From: Camelus dromedarius
Taxonomy: Eukaryota
DNA: 64,000 bases
Direction: 5' to 3'
Assembly (NCBI RefSeq): GCF_036321535.1
Contig: NC_087436.1
Span: 118,050,001-118,114,000 of the forward strand
Shown here: positions 49,817 through 62,514 of the stretch, piece by piece
Position numbering within the stretch: position 1 is the stretch's first letter
Layout of the letters: the number at the start of each line of letters is the position of its first letter
Notes under the pieces: model-generated
What the model was told of the DNA's origin: nothing
What the model saw: the letters and a program-made list of their open reading frames with translations, nothing else
Database searches by the model: none
Program-made: the position numbers and the translations under genes

Positions 49817-50968
49817 TGTAAGAGGCAGAATTTTAAGACAGCCCCATGAACATCCTGTCCGCCACTCCACTTCTGTGATGATGTTACGTTATATTGCAAA
49901 AAGGAGATTATGTAGGTGGAGCAAATCTAATCACAGGAGTTCCGGAAAAGCAGAGAGATTTCTCCAGCTAGTTAGAGAAAGGAAAACAAGAGATTTGACG
50001 CATGAGAAGGATCTGATGCAATATTGGAAGCCTCTAGATGCTGAGAACTCTCGGTTCACGGCCAGGAAGGAGACTGGGACCACCATCCTACAGCCACAAG
50101 GAGCTGAATCCTGTCAGCAACCTTGATGAGCTAGTAATCCTGTTCTTCCCCAGAGTGTCCAGTGAGAGCGGCCTGGCCGGCACCTGGATTTTGGCCTTGT
50201 GAGACCCTAAGCAGAGAATCCACTTGCTCCCACACAGGCTTCTTTCTTTCCTTTTTTTTATTGAAATATAGTCAATTTACAATGTTGTGTTAATTTCTGG
50301 TGTACAGCATAGTGATTCAGTTGTACATATATATATATATATTCTTTTTCATTATAGGCCATTACAAGATACTGCATATAGTTCTCTGTGCTATATAGTA
50401 AGTCCTTGTTGTTTATCTGTTTTATATATAGTAGTATCTGCAAATCCCAAATTCCCAATTTACCTCCCCCAACTCCTTTTCTCCCCTGGTAACCATAAGT
50501 TTGTTTTCTGTCTGTGAGTGTGTCTCTGTTTTGTAAATAAATTTGCATCCTTTTTTTTTTGAGATTCCACTTATAAGTGATATATAGTATTTGTCTTTGT
50601 CTGACTTACTTCACTTAGTATGATAATCTCTAGGTCCATCCATGTTGCTGCCAATGGCATTATTTCATTCTTTTTTATGGCTGAGTAATATTCCATTGTA
50701 GAAATGTACCACTTTTTTTTTTATCCAGTCATCTGTTGATGGGCATTTAGGTTGCTTCTATGTCTTGGCTGTTGTAAATAGTGCTGCTGTGAACATTGGG
50801 GTGCATGCATCTTTTTGAATTGGAGTTCCCTCCAGCTGTATGCCCAGGAGTGGGATTGCTGGATCATAGGGTAAGTTTCTGAACTACAGAACTGTGGGTT
50901 AATCACTGGGTGTTGTTTTAAGCTGGCAAGTATGTGATATTTGTTACAGCACATAGAAAACTAATACA
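49817..50968 (+). mobile_element. MaLR solo LTR (MLT1E-like) split by an L1
   Basis: tgtaagaggcagaattttaag ... cctacagccacaaggagctgaatcctg ... ttgttacagcacatagaaaactaataca. 5-bp TSD ggccc at 49812-49816 and 50969-50973. Confidence 0.85.
50244..50873 (-). mobile_element. 5'-truncated L1 3' end
   Basis: Poly(T) at left, atagttctctgtgctatatagt, and tgcccaggagtgggattgctggatcata. Confidence 0.9.
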
Positions 50969-53829
50969 GGCCCTTCTTATGTCTGTAGGACAGGCTTTCC
51001 CCGGAGCCTCTGCTCCTACCTCCCCGTTTGCCTTCATCAAGGAGCCCTCTTCCTCCTTCACAGTGAAAATGGCAGCTTCTTAACCCCCTGCTGCAGACTT
51101 ATCAATGTCACCACCTCTGCAGAGCTGCCCCCAGGCTGCCCCAGCTCTTCCCCGACCTCCCTGCAGGGCTGCGTCCTGTTCCCGTCCCGGGAGCTGATCT
51201 GACCCCAGCCCCCTGCCAAAGACTCCAGCCTTGACTTAGGCCGAGGCTTATTTTTTTGCCTGTGGGTGTCCAGTTGCTCCAGCACGATTTACTGAATGGC
51301 CATCCTTCCTTCATGGAATTGTTTTTTCACATTTCTCAAAAATCAAGAAATTGCTCACTTGATCTCCAGAAGAAGTGCTCACGGTCTGGTCATGCAGAGT
51401 TTCTCCCTGAGTCACGGTGTTGCGAGCTGGCACGGCTCTAGCAGGCACCCTCATGGCATCACTTTTTGTCCAAAGTCGCACAGCTGGGAGTTGGTTTGGA
51501 GAGTGACCAAGCCTGCCTCTCCCAGAGCTGGCGAGTTTTGATTCCACTTTCCCAGAAAGAGGATGGAAGTGATGCGATTTTGTTTCCAAAGTATCTTTTT
51601 TTTTTTTTCCAAACATGGACAGACTTTATGGTGGGATGCTCCCTCCTGGGATCCCATACTCTTAAATACAAAAGTACGTAGAGAAGAAGGGAAAACAGTC
51701 TATGCATGAAGCCAAGAACAACAACAACAACAAACTAAAAGGAGAGAGAATGTAAATTCTTATTGTTGCTGTGAATCTTTGGCAAGCTCTGTAAAATCAT
51801 TCATTCATTCAGCCTTTCTCTAGCTATTTATTGAAGCATTCAGTGATTGTCTAGCCATCTCAAGTGCTGTTCTACACTGTTCAGAAAGCACAGAAAACTT
51901 GGTGTCCTGTAAGCTGGTTACAGTGTCTGACTGGCAGACACCTGTTCATCTCTTAGTTGGAGCTGTTATGTCACATTTGATGAAAAGTGAAGCTTTATCC
52001 CTCCAGGCAAAGTTAAATGTTTCTACTGTAATGCTTTCATACATAACTTCTAGTTTGACCTTTATTAAATTATGTTTTAATATTTTTTGAAAAAAAGATG
52101 AGAAGGGATTTAGAAACCTTTGTGTAATATCTACATCCTGGGCCCCCAGGGCTAGAAGGAGGCGATTGCTGGGTGGGCTGGAGGGGTGGAGGCAGGGCCC
52201 TTGCTACCTGCGTGCTGACATCCACCCTGAACCTGAGGGTGGGAGTGAGATGCTCTGGGAGAGGCCAGGAGGCCCCAGGCCGAGGGCAAGATGGCAGCTC
52301 CGTGAATGGATGGAGGGTCATTTTGTGCTCTGTTCACTGCTGCGTCCCAGTACCTAGAACCGGGCCTGGCACATAGCATGCACTCACTCGTCACCTCAGG
52401 AAGTATATATCCACTCAATAGATCACAATTTTTTCACCCAGTAAGTATGTGTTGAGGAAGCGACCTGCCAGAAGCATTTCGTGGCGATGCTGCTGTGCCC
52501 CTGGGTCATCCCTTCTTTCCGTGTGGAGGTCAGTAATGGCCTGCAAAGAAAATGATCTCATTTCCCGGGTCCGGAGTGCCCCCTTCCTGATCTCCTACCT
52601 CACTACAAAGTTCATTCATTCCTGCCTGTTCCCAAGGAGTCACCTGCATACGTGCATTACCTCTGTGCTAATGAGGGACCGAACCCAAACCGAATAATCA
52701 CCGGCATTGCGTGCTGATTACAGCATAGTGCTGTCCCGAGGAAAATTCCACCTGCTGAGCATTACCCCATTTTAGAGATGGGCAGCTGGCTTCTGAGGTG
52801 CTCAGTGACCAGGCTCAGGGTCCACAGCTACAGCAGGGGTCTGAGTGGATGGATATTCTTTGGTGGCTCCTGTTTGCTGAGTCTGCCTTTTGCCTTGTCA
52901 TTGCCTGTGGCCTCACCCTGACTTGGGGAGGCAGGCATCACTACCCCCATTTTACTGATGGGAGAATCAAGGCTGAGGCAGTTAATTTATTTTCTCAGGT
53001 TCACAATGACAAAAATGGTGGGGTTAGGTTTAAAGATAGCTGTGTGGGACACCAAACGCTCCCTCCCACCTCTGCCCCTCACCACCTCCCTCATCTGATA
53101 GGCCTTTTTTCCACTGCAGTCCAACGACCAAAACCTCAAATACTCAGGGGATCAGGCAGGAAAGAGAGATACCTGAGCTGGGCAGGCACGGACAGAGGTG
53201 AATCAGAGAAGACTGTTGTCCTGTTTTCTGGGGGCATCATGGGGCCAGTTTTGGCAGATCTTCTAATTTTTGAAATGATGTCAGGAATCAGTATTTTGGG
53301 GTGAAATTTCCTACACACGTGATCAGCTCAAGTGCAATCTGTGTGCAGCACCAATGGGACACGGAACAAACTCCAGGTTTCAGCTTTTTAGGGAGACAGG
53401 AAAGGGGACACTTGCTTGCTTTCTTTGCTTAATGCAGATGATGCTCAAATGTGTGTATTTTTGCAGGGTATTTATTGGGTTTACTTTCCATCAGAGATTG
53501 TTTAAAGAGTAACTAGGCATCTTGAGAATCCACGCTTGGCTCTCTGAATAAACTGCTTCATGAATATTGCATGTTGAAAGAGTGCTATGAAATTCGTTAG
53601 AAATAATTGGCCTGATGGAAATGAGAAAAGAACCCAGTGGCTGCAAGGTAGAGCAACGACGTTTATCCGGTGTGATAATTACCATCAGTAGCTGATGGGC
53701 GCTAATACAGTCCCAGCTTTATTGCCCGTGCGATGTTTGGTCATGGTTTAATCAGACTAGTGTTTGAGTGAAAGGTGGAAAATGGGAAAAAGCCACTCAT
53801 ACAGAACAGTGATGATAATAATACCCGGT

Positions 53830-54040
53830 GTTGGCAGGCTCCGCGCTGTTCTAAATACGTAACCTATGCGGATTCACTTAGTTTAATATTCACAACAATA
53901 CCAGGTAGGTATTTTAGCTTATCCATTTTTATAAGTGAAGAGACTGAGTTACAGAGAGGTTAAGTGACTTCCCCAAGGTCACCTAGCTGGTGAGTGTTGG
54001 AAATTCAAAATTCAAATCTAGGCAGCCTGGCCCCTATGCT
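53830..54040 (-). mobile_element. MIR SINE
   Basis: ccatttttataagtgaagagactgagttacagagaggttaagtgacttccccaaggtcac. Further MIR relics lie near 26770-26980, 36360-36560, 47840-47990, 48130-48290 and 52900-53040. Confidence 0.8.
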
Positions 54041-54149
54041 TATACCCCATACAACTTCATTCTTCTGCCTTTCTGTAAAGTCGAAATGAGACTAGAAATT
54101 CAACAATAAACTAATTAGCATTTACTAAGCTCCTACTATGTGGCTATCT

Positions 54150-54830
54150 TTGTGTATCAGAAAGGAGTACTTCTAACTTCCAGTAGTAGCAAATGTGACC
54201 CACAGTAACTTGAACAAATAAGACTGTTTGTTCTTTTTTCTAATATAATGAGAGGTCCAGAGATAGGTGTTTGCTGGCATGGCTTCAGAGACCAACAACA
54301 GTGTTTGTTGTCTTATGATCACAAGATGGCTGTTGTAGCTCCAGCCATTACATCCACGTTCATGGCAGGAAGAGGTGGAAGGTTAGAAGAGCCACTCCAG
54401 CTGTATATCTGTCTCTTTTTAATCAGGAAAAAAAAATGCTTTCTCAGAAATAATCTTCTGCTTAGATCTCATTGGCTAGACCTGTGTCACATGGTCATTG
54501 CCAGCTGTCTGAGTGTCTGGGAGAATGGGGAACAGAACTGTCCAGTGGACAATCAGTATCACTTGGGAACTTGTTAGAAATGCACATTCTCTGGCCCCTC
54601 CCCAGAAACTCAGGAGTGGGGCCCATGATCTGTCTTAACCGGCCTCCAGGGGATCCTGATGAACACACTGGATTTAGATCCGTTGTGACCCACTGCTGGG
54701 GCTGGCCACACTGCTCCCTATTGGACTTGCGGTTTCCTTACCGAGGAGGAGGGGAGAGTTGGGCTTGGCTGGGCAGAGAACCAGTTATTCAATGGGTCGT
54801 GTGTCATTTAATCATCCGTGTGACAGCACT
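54150..54830. mobile_element. Old MaLR LTR (MLT1J/K-like) with a MER5A insertion at ~54550-54685
   Basis: caagatggctgttgtagctccagccattacatccacgttc (MLT1). atcacttgggaacttgttagaaatgcacattctc ... ctccaggggatcctgatg (MER5A). Confidence 0.7.
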
Positions 54831-55071
54831 CAGGCAGGTGTCACTGCTCTCGTGTTTTGGGTGGGGTCGCTGGCACCCCCTGGCTTTGCTTTTAGCCAGC
54901 CTGTTTCTGCCTTCACAGTGGACGTGTTGCAGTGTCGCCCTTGGTGACCCTCTCTAAGCAGCTGGTTCCCTGAACAGACACTGCTTTTCAGGAATGCACC
55001 TTCCTGTCCCCGCCAGCTCTGGTGGTGCTTGTGACTTCTTCAGGTGGGTCAGGTCAGTGATCTCCAAACCT

Positions 55072-55184
55072 CTGGGTGACCAACCGTGTTGGTTTTCCCA
55101 GAACTGCAGGGTTTCCAGAGATGTAGGATCTTCAGTACTAAGACCAGGAAGGTTCTGGTCAAACCAGGACAAGATGTCACCCTA
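55072..55184. mobile_element. MER81-like hAT-Blackjack MITE
   Basis: Inverted ends gggtgaccaacc ... gtcacccta; ~113 bp; internal ttcagtactaagaccagg. Confidence 0.8.
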
Positions 55185-55372
55185 AGAAACCCACTGGTCA
55201 ACCCTCTCACGTCCTCCCGCCACTGCCTCTGGCTGGAGGCCAACAGCCCCATGTGACAGTGCGATTTCTAGGCTCCGCCTTTGGCTTGGCACTTGCATCA
55301 ACTGAGGCCTCTTCTGCCTGCTTCTCAAGAAGTGTAAACCCTTCACTTATTCACAGTGTATTCATGGAGGTG

Positions 55373-55513
55373 GGGAGGGTAGAGCTCAGCGGTAGAGCAC
55401 ATGCTTAGTATGCACTAGGTCCTGGGTTCAACCCCCAGTACCTCCATTAAAATGCATGAGTAAATAAATAAACCTAATTACCCACCCCCAAAACAATAAA
55501 TAAAATATTTTTA
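55373..55513 (+). mobile_element. tRNA-derived SINE (Vic-1-like)
   Basis: gggagggtagagctcagcggtagagcacatgcttagtatgcactaggtcctgggttcaacccccagtacc. TSD agtgtattc[a/c]tggaggtg at 55355-55372 and 55514-55531. Confidence 0.9.
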
Positions 55514-57169
55514 AGTGTATTCCTGGAGGTGCTATTATGTAAGTTTCAGTATACCAGTCTCAGGGAGATTCCAAATAAATGGGAAATACAGGCCATATGC
55601 TCAGTCACTTAAATCCAGTCTAGTCCAATCAGCAAGTAAACATTAAACAGGTGTCTGTTTGCCCTGTACGTTATGTTACACACCCTGCCTCCACCTATGA
55701 ACACGTCTTTCTTTAAGGGATGTGGGTGAGTGAGATTATTTACAGCATTATAATGTTAATTATTAAAACAGTAATAGCTTTTGACATTTGCCAGGTTGCT
55801 CGGTAATTAATACCCCTCCCAGTTATGAGTCAAGACAAAAAAGGAGGCCAGTGGAGAACCAAGCCTTCCCTCTAGGAGGAATTGAGGTAGGGTTGAGGAG
55901 GGGGACTCAGGAGGGCAGCCGCCGTGCGCTCCTGATTCCAAAGCTGAGAATTAGCCGGGCTCACCCTCCTGTTCGGCAACAACTCAGGGTCCCGCAGACC
56001 TTTCTGCACGGTGCCCAGCCCTGAAAAGCGTCTGGCAAGAAGGAGCAGAGGGAGAGCTTGCTCCCTGCAGACAGACAGAGAGCTGGACAGGCAGAAGTAC
56101 ACCAGTGCACTTCCCTTTCCAGCTCGGCTCTCCCACAGCTCACTCCACCTTTGGTGGAACAAGAAGCCAAGGATGTTCAGTGAAACATCCCTCCTGCGAG
56201 AGCCCAGAGGAGTGGGAGGTTTACTCCTCGTCCCCGGCACAGACAGTTCAGGCATTCTCAGAGGTTCTGTTGTGCCCAGCACTATTCTCCACTCTTACGG
56301 AAAGTAGGCAGAATTGCTCCCATTTTATAGATGGGGTAAGTTAGGCACATAGAAGCCAAGTGACTCATTTAAGGCCACTCAGACTGCGGCAGAGCTGCTT
56401 TATGAACCTAAGCCATCTGACTGCAGGCTGGGTTCTCCTGATCTCTGGACAGCTGTCTGCGGGAGATTCTGAGATCGCACTAAGGAGACAGTGATTGGTT
56501 GGGAGTGGGGAAAATCTTCGTAAGAGAGAGACACGTGTGAGCCATGTGTCCAAAGCCAGATAGGAGTGTTCCCCAAAATAAAGGGCGTTGGAAGAACGGC
56601 TTTCCAGGCGGGGGAAATAAGAGCGCAGAGACAAGGCAGTGTGAAGCCATGTGGAGCCTTCAGGGAAGTGGTGGTGTTCATGGCTAACTGGGGGGCAGGG
56701 GGCACATGCCGACAGTGGTGCCCGCCTCCTGGGACCTGGGGGGCTCGTGATAGGATGTGTGCGTTTCCTAGCTCATTGCAGTCCAAGCCCGTTGCTTTCC
56801 TCTCCTCCCTTGATCTTTGGTGAGCGGGGAAGCAGAAAAAATATGGAATTTCTCTTCCTGGCAAGTTATGTGCAAAGGAAACCTATCTAGGTCGAGGAAC
56901 CAAGGTTTTGCTAAGTTAACCATTAACCCCGTCTCTCTATTCTAAGCACGTTAGGTGTTAGATGGTACACAGGATTCTGACTTTGGCTTGGCAGGGACAC
57001 AGTTCAACACAATTATCCTCCACATCGTTGGGTTTAACACACAGGGAACTAATTGTATTTCTTCACCTCCCCACATCCCGCACCCGCCCCTCCCATAATG
57101 GAGTGAACTAATCAGTTCACTTCATCTTTTGTAAATAGCGTGTCTTTCCTTGTTACTGGAAACTGGCCG

Positions 57170-58400
57170 TAATTCAATCTAACTCAGAAATATTTATGGA
57201 ACACTCATTATGTGCTGGGAGGGAATTGTGTCTGGCACCGTGTGTGGGGAGATCTGCTTTGGATCATTCCTTTAGCTGATGAGTGTTTGTCCAACACTGA
57301 CGGCACTAACACTGCCCTAGCTGCCAGGGTGCAGGAGAGAAGCAAACATGGCCTTCGACCTCAGGGAGCTTAGAGTCTAGTGGGGGAACGATGATCTTAA
57401 TCAAATATGTGTCCGATCATACAGAATGATGTCTTTGGGAGGAACGTCCTGTGGTGCTGGGGGACTATGTAACAGGGGAGCAGGCTTAGGCTGGACAGTG
57501 AGGGCAGCCCTCTCCGGACACACAAGTCTGCAGAGGAAGCAGAGTTCACAAGTGTAGGAGCCAGAGAGGAGCATTAAAGGTATGGGGAATGGCTGTTCAA
57601 AGCACAGAGAGAAAGCTCATGTGTCTGAAGCTCAGAGGGTGTGGGGAGCGTGGTGGGAGGTGAGGCAGGAGAAGAAGGAGGGGCCCAGGTGTGTAGGGCC
57701 TCGTGGCCACGGGAGGAAACTGCTCTTTTCCCCAAAAGCAATGGAGGGGGCGCTGGAGGGGTGTAAGCAAAGGATAAACAAGACCCCCTTCCTGAGAGAG
57801 GATGTTGGAAGACCACTGTGGTTATCCAGGCAACAGATGACGTGGGTTAGACTGAAGGTGGCCACAGGAAGGACGTGGGAGAGACAGTGAAGAGGTGAAA
57901 GGACCCGACCTAGTGGAGGAGGAGATGTGGGGCTGGGAGAGAGAGGAGTCAAGGGTGAGTCCCAGGCTTTGAGGTCGGATGTATGTTGAACCACTCATCG
58001 GTTTTGGACCTACTGAGTTCAAGATGGCTCTGAAGCCTACAGGAGTGGCTGTGAGGTAGGCATCAATCTATACACAGAGCCTTGGGGCCAGAGAAGAGAT
58101 ACGTTGAAAAGTCATTGGTCATTAGGTGGAGGCTGAAGCTTTTGGGGCCAGTTAGAAGAGGAAAGTCGTAGGATGGGTGGTTGACATGGTCCACTATTCA
58201 GTGGCTGGGAGGATGAAGCTGAGTGTGCAAAAGGGCTGATGCATGAAGGGGAAAGCTGAGAGGGTGCACTTCCATAGAAGCCAAACAGATGTTTCAGAAA
58301 AGAGAGCGTGGCCAAGCAGAAGGGGGACAGAAAGGTGTCCATTGGCTCAAGCGGCATGGCCCTACACTGTTGGCCTGTTGTGCTGTGGGGATGGGGTGGA
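57170..58400 (-). mobile_element. L2 relic
   Basis: Purine-rich antisense L2 text: cctcagggagcttagagtctagtgggg, gagagaggagtcaagggtgagtcccagg and ttttggacctactgagttcaagatg. Confidence 0.65.
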
Positions 58401-59079
58401 GGCCATATGGGAATAAGGCAACAGAAGGAACAAGAATGGGGAGTCCCATCAAGGAGCATCAGGAAGGGGAGGCATGAGGCAGGGCAGTACCAGGAGGAGG
58501 GTGTGAGGTCATCATCCTTGACCTCCGGGCTCCAGATTCCAGGAGTCAGACAGACGTCCAAGCAGGAAAGGACCATGATGTATGTGGTCATGACGCTGAG
58601 GGGTTCAGAGGTTCCATAAAGGAGGCAGGAAGGATTAACTCCTTGGACACTGAGACAGGTTTGTGGCTGTCTGAGCATGTAAGGTAAGAGTGCTTGGTGG
58701 ACAGGACAGGGACCAGAAGTAGGGAAGGGTCATCCTGCAGAGGAAACACAGCAAGTACAAGAATCTGAGAATCGAAGTGTCCAAGTTTTTCTCTGCCATC
58801 CCTTCCCCTGGGCCTGGAAGATGTTTCTCTTCCTATATAGCTATTGGTGAAGTATTAACTGCCAAATATATGGGGGGTTTTGGGGTGGAGGAAGAGGGAA
58901 GAATAGAATATGCCAAGAAGTATCCATTCGGTGGTGGAGTGCCACCATGGCAAACATAATGCAGTAAGCCAGAAGCCATTTGGAATAAATGGATGAGTAT
59001 GCCGGTAAGGACTTTCAAGGACCAATACGAGGTTTGGCAAATCTGACTTGGTTCTTGTTTTCTCTTCTTTCTTTTACAG

Positions 59080-59135
59080 TCAACTTTGACCATTTTCAGA
59101 TTCTGCGGGCCATTGGTAAAGGGAGTTTTGGAAAG
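59080..59135 (+). CDS. STK32B: Internal coding exon (exon 2) of serine/threonine kinase 32B (YANK2): N-lobe start and Gly-rich loop
   Basis: Acceptor: polypyrimidine tract ttcttgttttctcttctttcttttacAG ending at 59079, with branch-like ctgac at 59043-59047. Donor: AAG|gtaaga at 59136. The 56-nt exon enters in phase 1 and exits in phase 0, reading (G)TC AAC TTT GAC CAT TTT CAG ATT CTG CGG GCC ATT GGT AAA GGG AGT TTT GGA AAG = VNFDHFQILRAIGKGSFGK with the GxGxxG motif. FQ rather than FE argues against STK32A. The codon usage as I recall it fits STK32B better than the GC-rich STK32C. Confidence 0.92.
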
Positions 59136-59514
59136 GTAAGAATGCTGGATTTTTACAAAAACATCAATCATCAAATATAAAAGCCCCGCCCACCAGGCTT
59201 ATGCAGATGTGCACTTTTGTGGGTTTGTTGTTGCGCTGGTTGCTGGGCACTGGGAATTTCCTGTTTGACAGAAAGATTCGAATTTGCCAAATGTGAAATG
59301 TGAGAGGAAGTCTGAATAGTTTCCTTTGGATCCGCTGTAATTTCATTCTGAAAATTAAATTACCACGGCAGCCCTGCTTTAGGTGAATTACAATGGTAAT
59401 TATTTCAAGATTGCTAATGCTGTTTCTTCCTTCAGCATCTAAATACGGAAAGTGGAAAAAAATCCCATGAATTTATGTGATGGCCAACAGCAGCTCTTTC
59501 CTGCAATGTAGGCA

Positions 59515-61409
59515 TTTTATTTTAAAAAAATGATTGTGAGAAGAATACTTAACACACTGTCTACTTGTTTAAACTTTTAAGTGATACGTATTATTATTGA
59601 CTATAGATCAATATAACATTGTACAGCAGATCTCTAGAGCTTAGACATCTTGCTTGACTGAAATGATACCCATTAGTTAGCAGCTCCCCAGTTCCCCCCA
59701 CCCCCCGCCTTAGTCCTTTGGCAACCACCATTCTACTCTTTGGTTCTATGAATTTGACTATTTCAGATACCTCATATATGTGGAATCATGCAGTATTTAT
59801 CTTTCTGTGACTGGCTTATTTCACTTAGCATCATGTCCTCAAGATTTATCCAGGTTGTGGCATACGGCAGAATTTCTTTTTTAAGGCTGTCTAGTATTCC
59901 ACTGTACCTGTAGACCACATTTTCTTGATCCATTCATCTGCCAGTGGACACGTAGGTTGTTACCACATCTTGACTGTTGTTAATAGTGCTGCAGCAAACA
60001 TAGGAGTGCTAATATCTCTTAGAGACCTTGAATCCAATTCTTTTGGAGAATGAACCCAGAAATGGGATTGCTGGATCATATCACATGGTGGCTCTATTTG
60101 TAAGTTTTTGAGGACTCTCCATACTGTTTCCCACAGTGGCTGCACCAGTTTACATTCCCACTAACAGTGTGCAAGGGCTCCAAATTCTCCACATCCTTGC
60201 CAACATTTGTTGTCTTTTGTTTTTTGATAGTGGTCATCCTGATAGATATGGGGTGGTATTTCGCTGTGACTTTGATTTGATGAGTAGTGATGTTGAGCAC
60301 ATTTTCATATACTTGTTAGCCATTTGTACATCTTCTTTGGAGAAATGTCTATTTAAGCCATAGCCATTTTAAAATTGGGCTATTTAGAGGTTTTGTTTGT
60401 TTGTTTTTGTGCTGTTGAATGTAGGCGTTCCTTATGTATTTTGGAAATTAACTTTTTATCAGATATGTGGTTTACAAATATTTTCTCCCATTCCACAGGT
60501 AGCCTTTGCATTCTGTTGATTATTTGCTGTGCAGAAGCTTTTTAGTTTGATGTAGCCTCACTTACCCTGGGCTTTTGGTGTCATATCTTTGAAATCATTG
60601 CAAAGCCCAATGTCATGAAGCTTTTTCCTTATTTTTCTTCTAAGCAGTGTACAGTAAATTTCAGGTCTTAATATTTAGGTCTTTAATCCATTTTGAGTTG
60701 ATTTTTTTGTGTGTGGTGTGACATGAGGATCCATTTCATTCTGTTGCATGTTGATATCCAATTTTCCTACAACAGTTGTTGAAAAGATTACCCTTTCCCC
60801 ATTGTTTATTTTGTCATTCTGGTCAAAGATCAATTGAGCATATGTGCATGGATTTATTTCTGGGCTTTCTATTCTGGGCTTTCCATTGGTCTATTTATCA
60901 GTCTTTATGCCTGGACCACACTGTTCTGATTACTATAACTTTGTAATATAATTTGAAGTAAGGAAGTGTGATGCCACCAGTTTTGTTCTTCTTGCACAAG
61001 ATCAGTTAGACTATTTGTGGTCTTTTGTGGTTCCATATGAATTAGCATTATTTTTTCCATTTCTTTTTAAAAAGGCCATTGAATTCTGTTAGGGATTACA
61101 TAGAATCTGTAGGTCAGTTTGGGTAGTATGGACATTTAGACAATATTAAGTCTTCCAACCCATGAAACAGCTGCCTTTCCGTTTGTGTCTTGTTTAATTT
61201 TTCATCAATGTTTTGTATACAAGTCTCAATATACAAGTCTTTCACTTCCTTAGTTAAGTTTATTTCTAGGTGTTTTATTCTTTTTGGTGCATTATAAATG
61301 AGATTTCTCTAATTTCCTTTTCAGATAATTCATTCTTAGTATATAGAAACACAACTGATTTTGTATGTTGTATGTTGATTTTGTACCCTGTGACTTTACT
61401 GAATTAATT

Positions 61410-61490
<81 letters not shown>

Positions 61491-62342
61491 TAAGTATAGT
61501 CAGTTTACAATGTTGTGTCAATTTCTGGTGTACAACACTTCAGTCATATTGAATTGATTTATTAGTTCTAATTTTTTATGGTATCTTGAAGGTTTTCTAT
61601 ATACAAGATCATATCATTTGCAACAGAGGCAATTTTACTTCTTCCTCCCTGATTTGGATGCCTTTTATTTCTTTTTCTTAGCTAATTACTCTAGTTAGGA
61701 TTTATAGTCTGTGATGAATAGAAGTAGTCAGAATGGGCATTCTTGCTTTGTTCCTGATCTTAGAGAAAAATCTTTTAATTTGTCACCACTGAATATAATG
61801 TTAGCTGTGAGCTTTTCATATATGGCCTATATTGTGTTGAGTTAATTTCCTTCTATTCTTGGCTTGCTGAGGGCTTTTTTTTTAAATAATGAAAGGGTGT
61901 TGAATTTTGTCCAATGCTTTTTCTGCTTCTATTGAGACAATCATGTGATTTTTATCCTTTATTCTGTTAATTTGGTATGTCATATTAATTGATTGTCATA
62001 TGTTAAACAATCCTTACATTCCAGGGAAAAATCCCACTTACTTATGGCTTATGATCCCTTAAATGTGTTATTGGATTCAATTTGCTAGTATTTTTTTGAA
62101 GATTTTGCATCCATAATCAAGGGATATTGGCTTGTAGTTTTCATTTTTTCCCCTTGTGGTGTCTTTGGCTTTGGTATCAGCTTTGGTATCAGGTTAATGC
62201 AGGGCCCATAAAACGAGTGGAAATACTGCCTCCTCTTCAAAAAGACTTTGAGAAAATTGTTGTTAATTCTTTCTTACATATTTGGTAAAATTATATAGTG
62301 AAGCCAACTCTATTGGACTTTACTTTGTTGGAAGTTTTGACA
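59515..62342 (-). mobile_element. L1MA9-like element (3' UTR and ORF2 3' half)
   Basis: ttgtacagcagatctctagagctt 3' signature; long antisense ORF2 including atcatatcatttgcaacagag (antisense of the FADD region). Confidence 0.9.
61413..61549 (-). mobile_element. Tiny L1 3' tip whose tail has become a (TA)n/(TG)n microsatellite
   Basis: aagtatagtcagtttacaatgttgtgtcaatttctggtgtaca. TSD tgaatt[a/g]atttat at 61400-61412 and 61550-61562; microsatellite at ~61411-61484. Confidence 0.85.
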
Positions 62343-62514
62343 TTTGATTTTGGTAAGTGAATCTTCGTGATCTTTGATTGTTCTCGGTTAAAGGTGATAG
62401 AAAAAAATGAGGAGGTGGCAGGGACTTTTAGAAGGAGAAAAGGGTTTTCCCCAATTTAGCCCCAGTCTGCTCCTCATTACTCAGAAAGCGATGACAAATG
62501 GCTAAGTATGTACA

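Larger units (their letters stand above)
1..59079 (+). other. STK32B: 3' part of STK32B intron 1 (exon 1 lies upstream of the window)
   Basis: No CpG island and no MGGNHSHKPPVFDENEE-like exon 1 seen in the window. Repeat-rich sequence ends at the exon 2 acceptor. STK32B is known to have a very long first intron. Confidence 0.75.

Noticed and set aside
55373..55445. tRNA gene (likewise at ~4250-4321 and ~43880-43950)
   Set aside because: The tRNA-like head continues into a SINE body with an A-rich tail and TSDs. These are SINEs, not tRNA genes.
58112..58678. 188-aa minus-strand ORF, and similar 100-175 aa ORFs (19146-19670, 52798-53304, 54472-54957, 56400-56864)
   Set aside because: No recognisable domains, mostly overlapping L1/L2/MIR/MaLR relics, and many have non-ATG starts. 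Consistent with chance ORFs.
58989..59180. 63-aa single-exon ORF containing the kinase motif
   Set aside because: It is the real 56-nt exon read through its flanking intron sequence. Strong splice sites bound the kinase-like part exactly.
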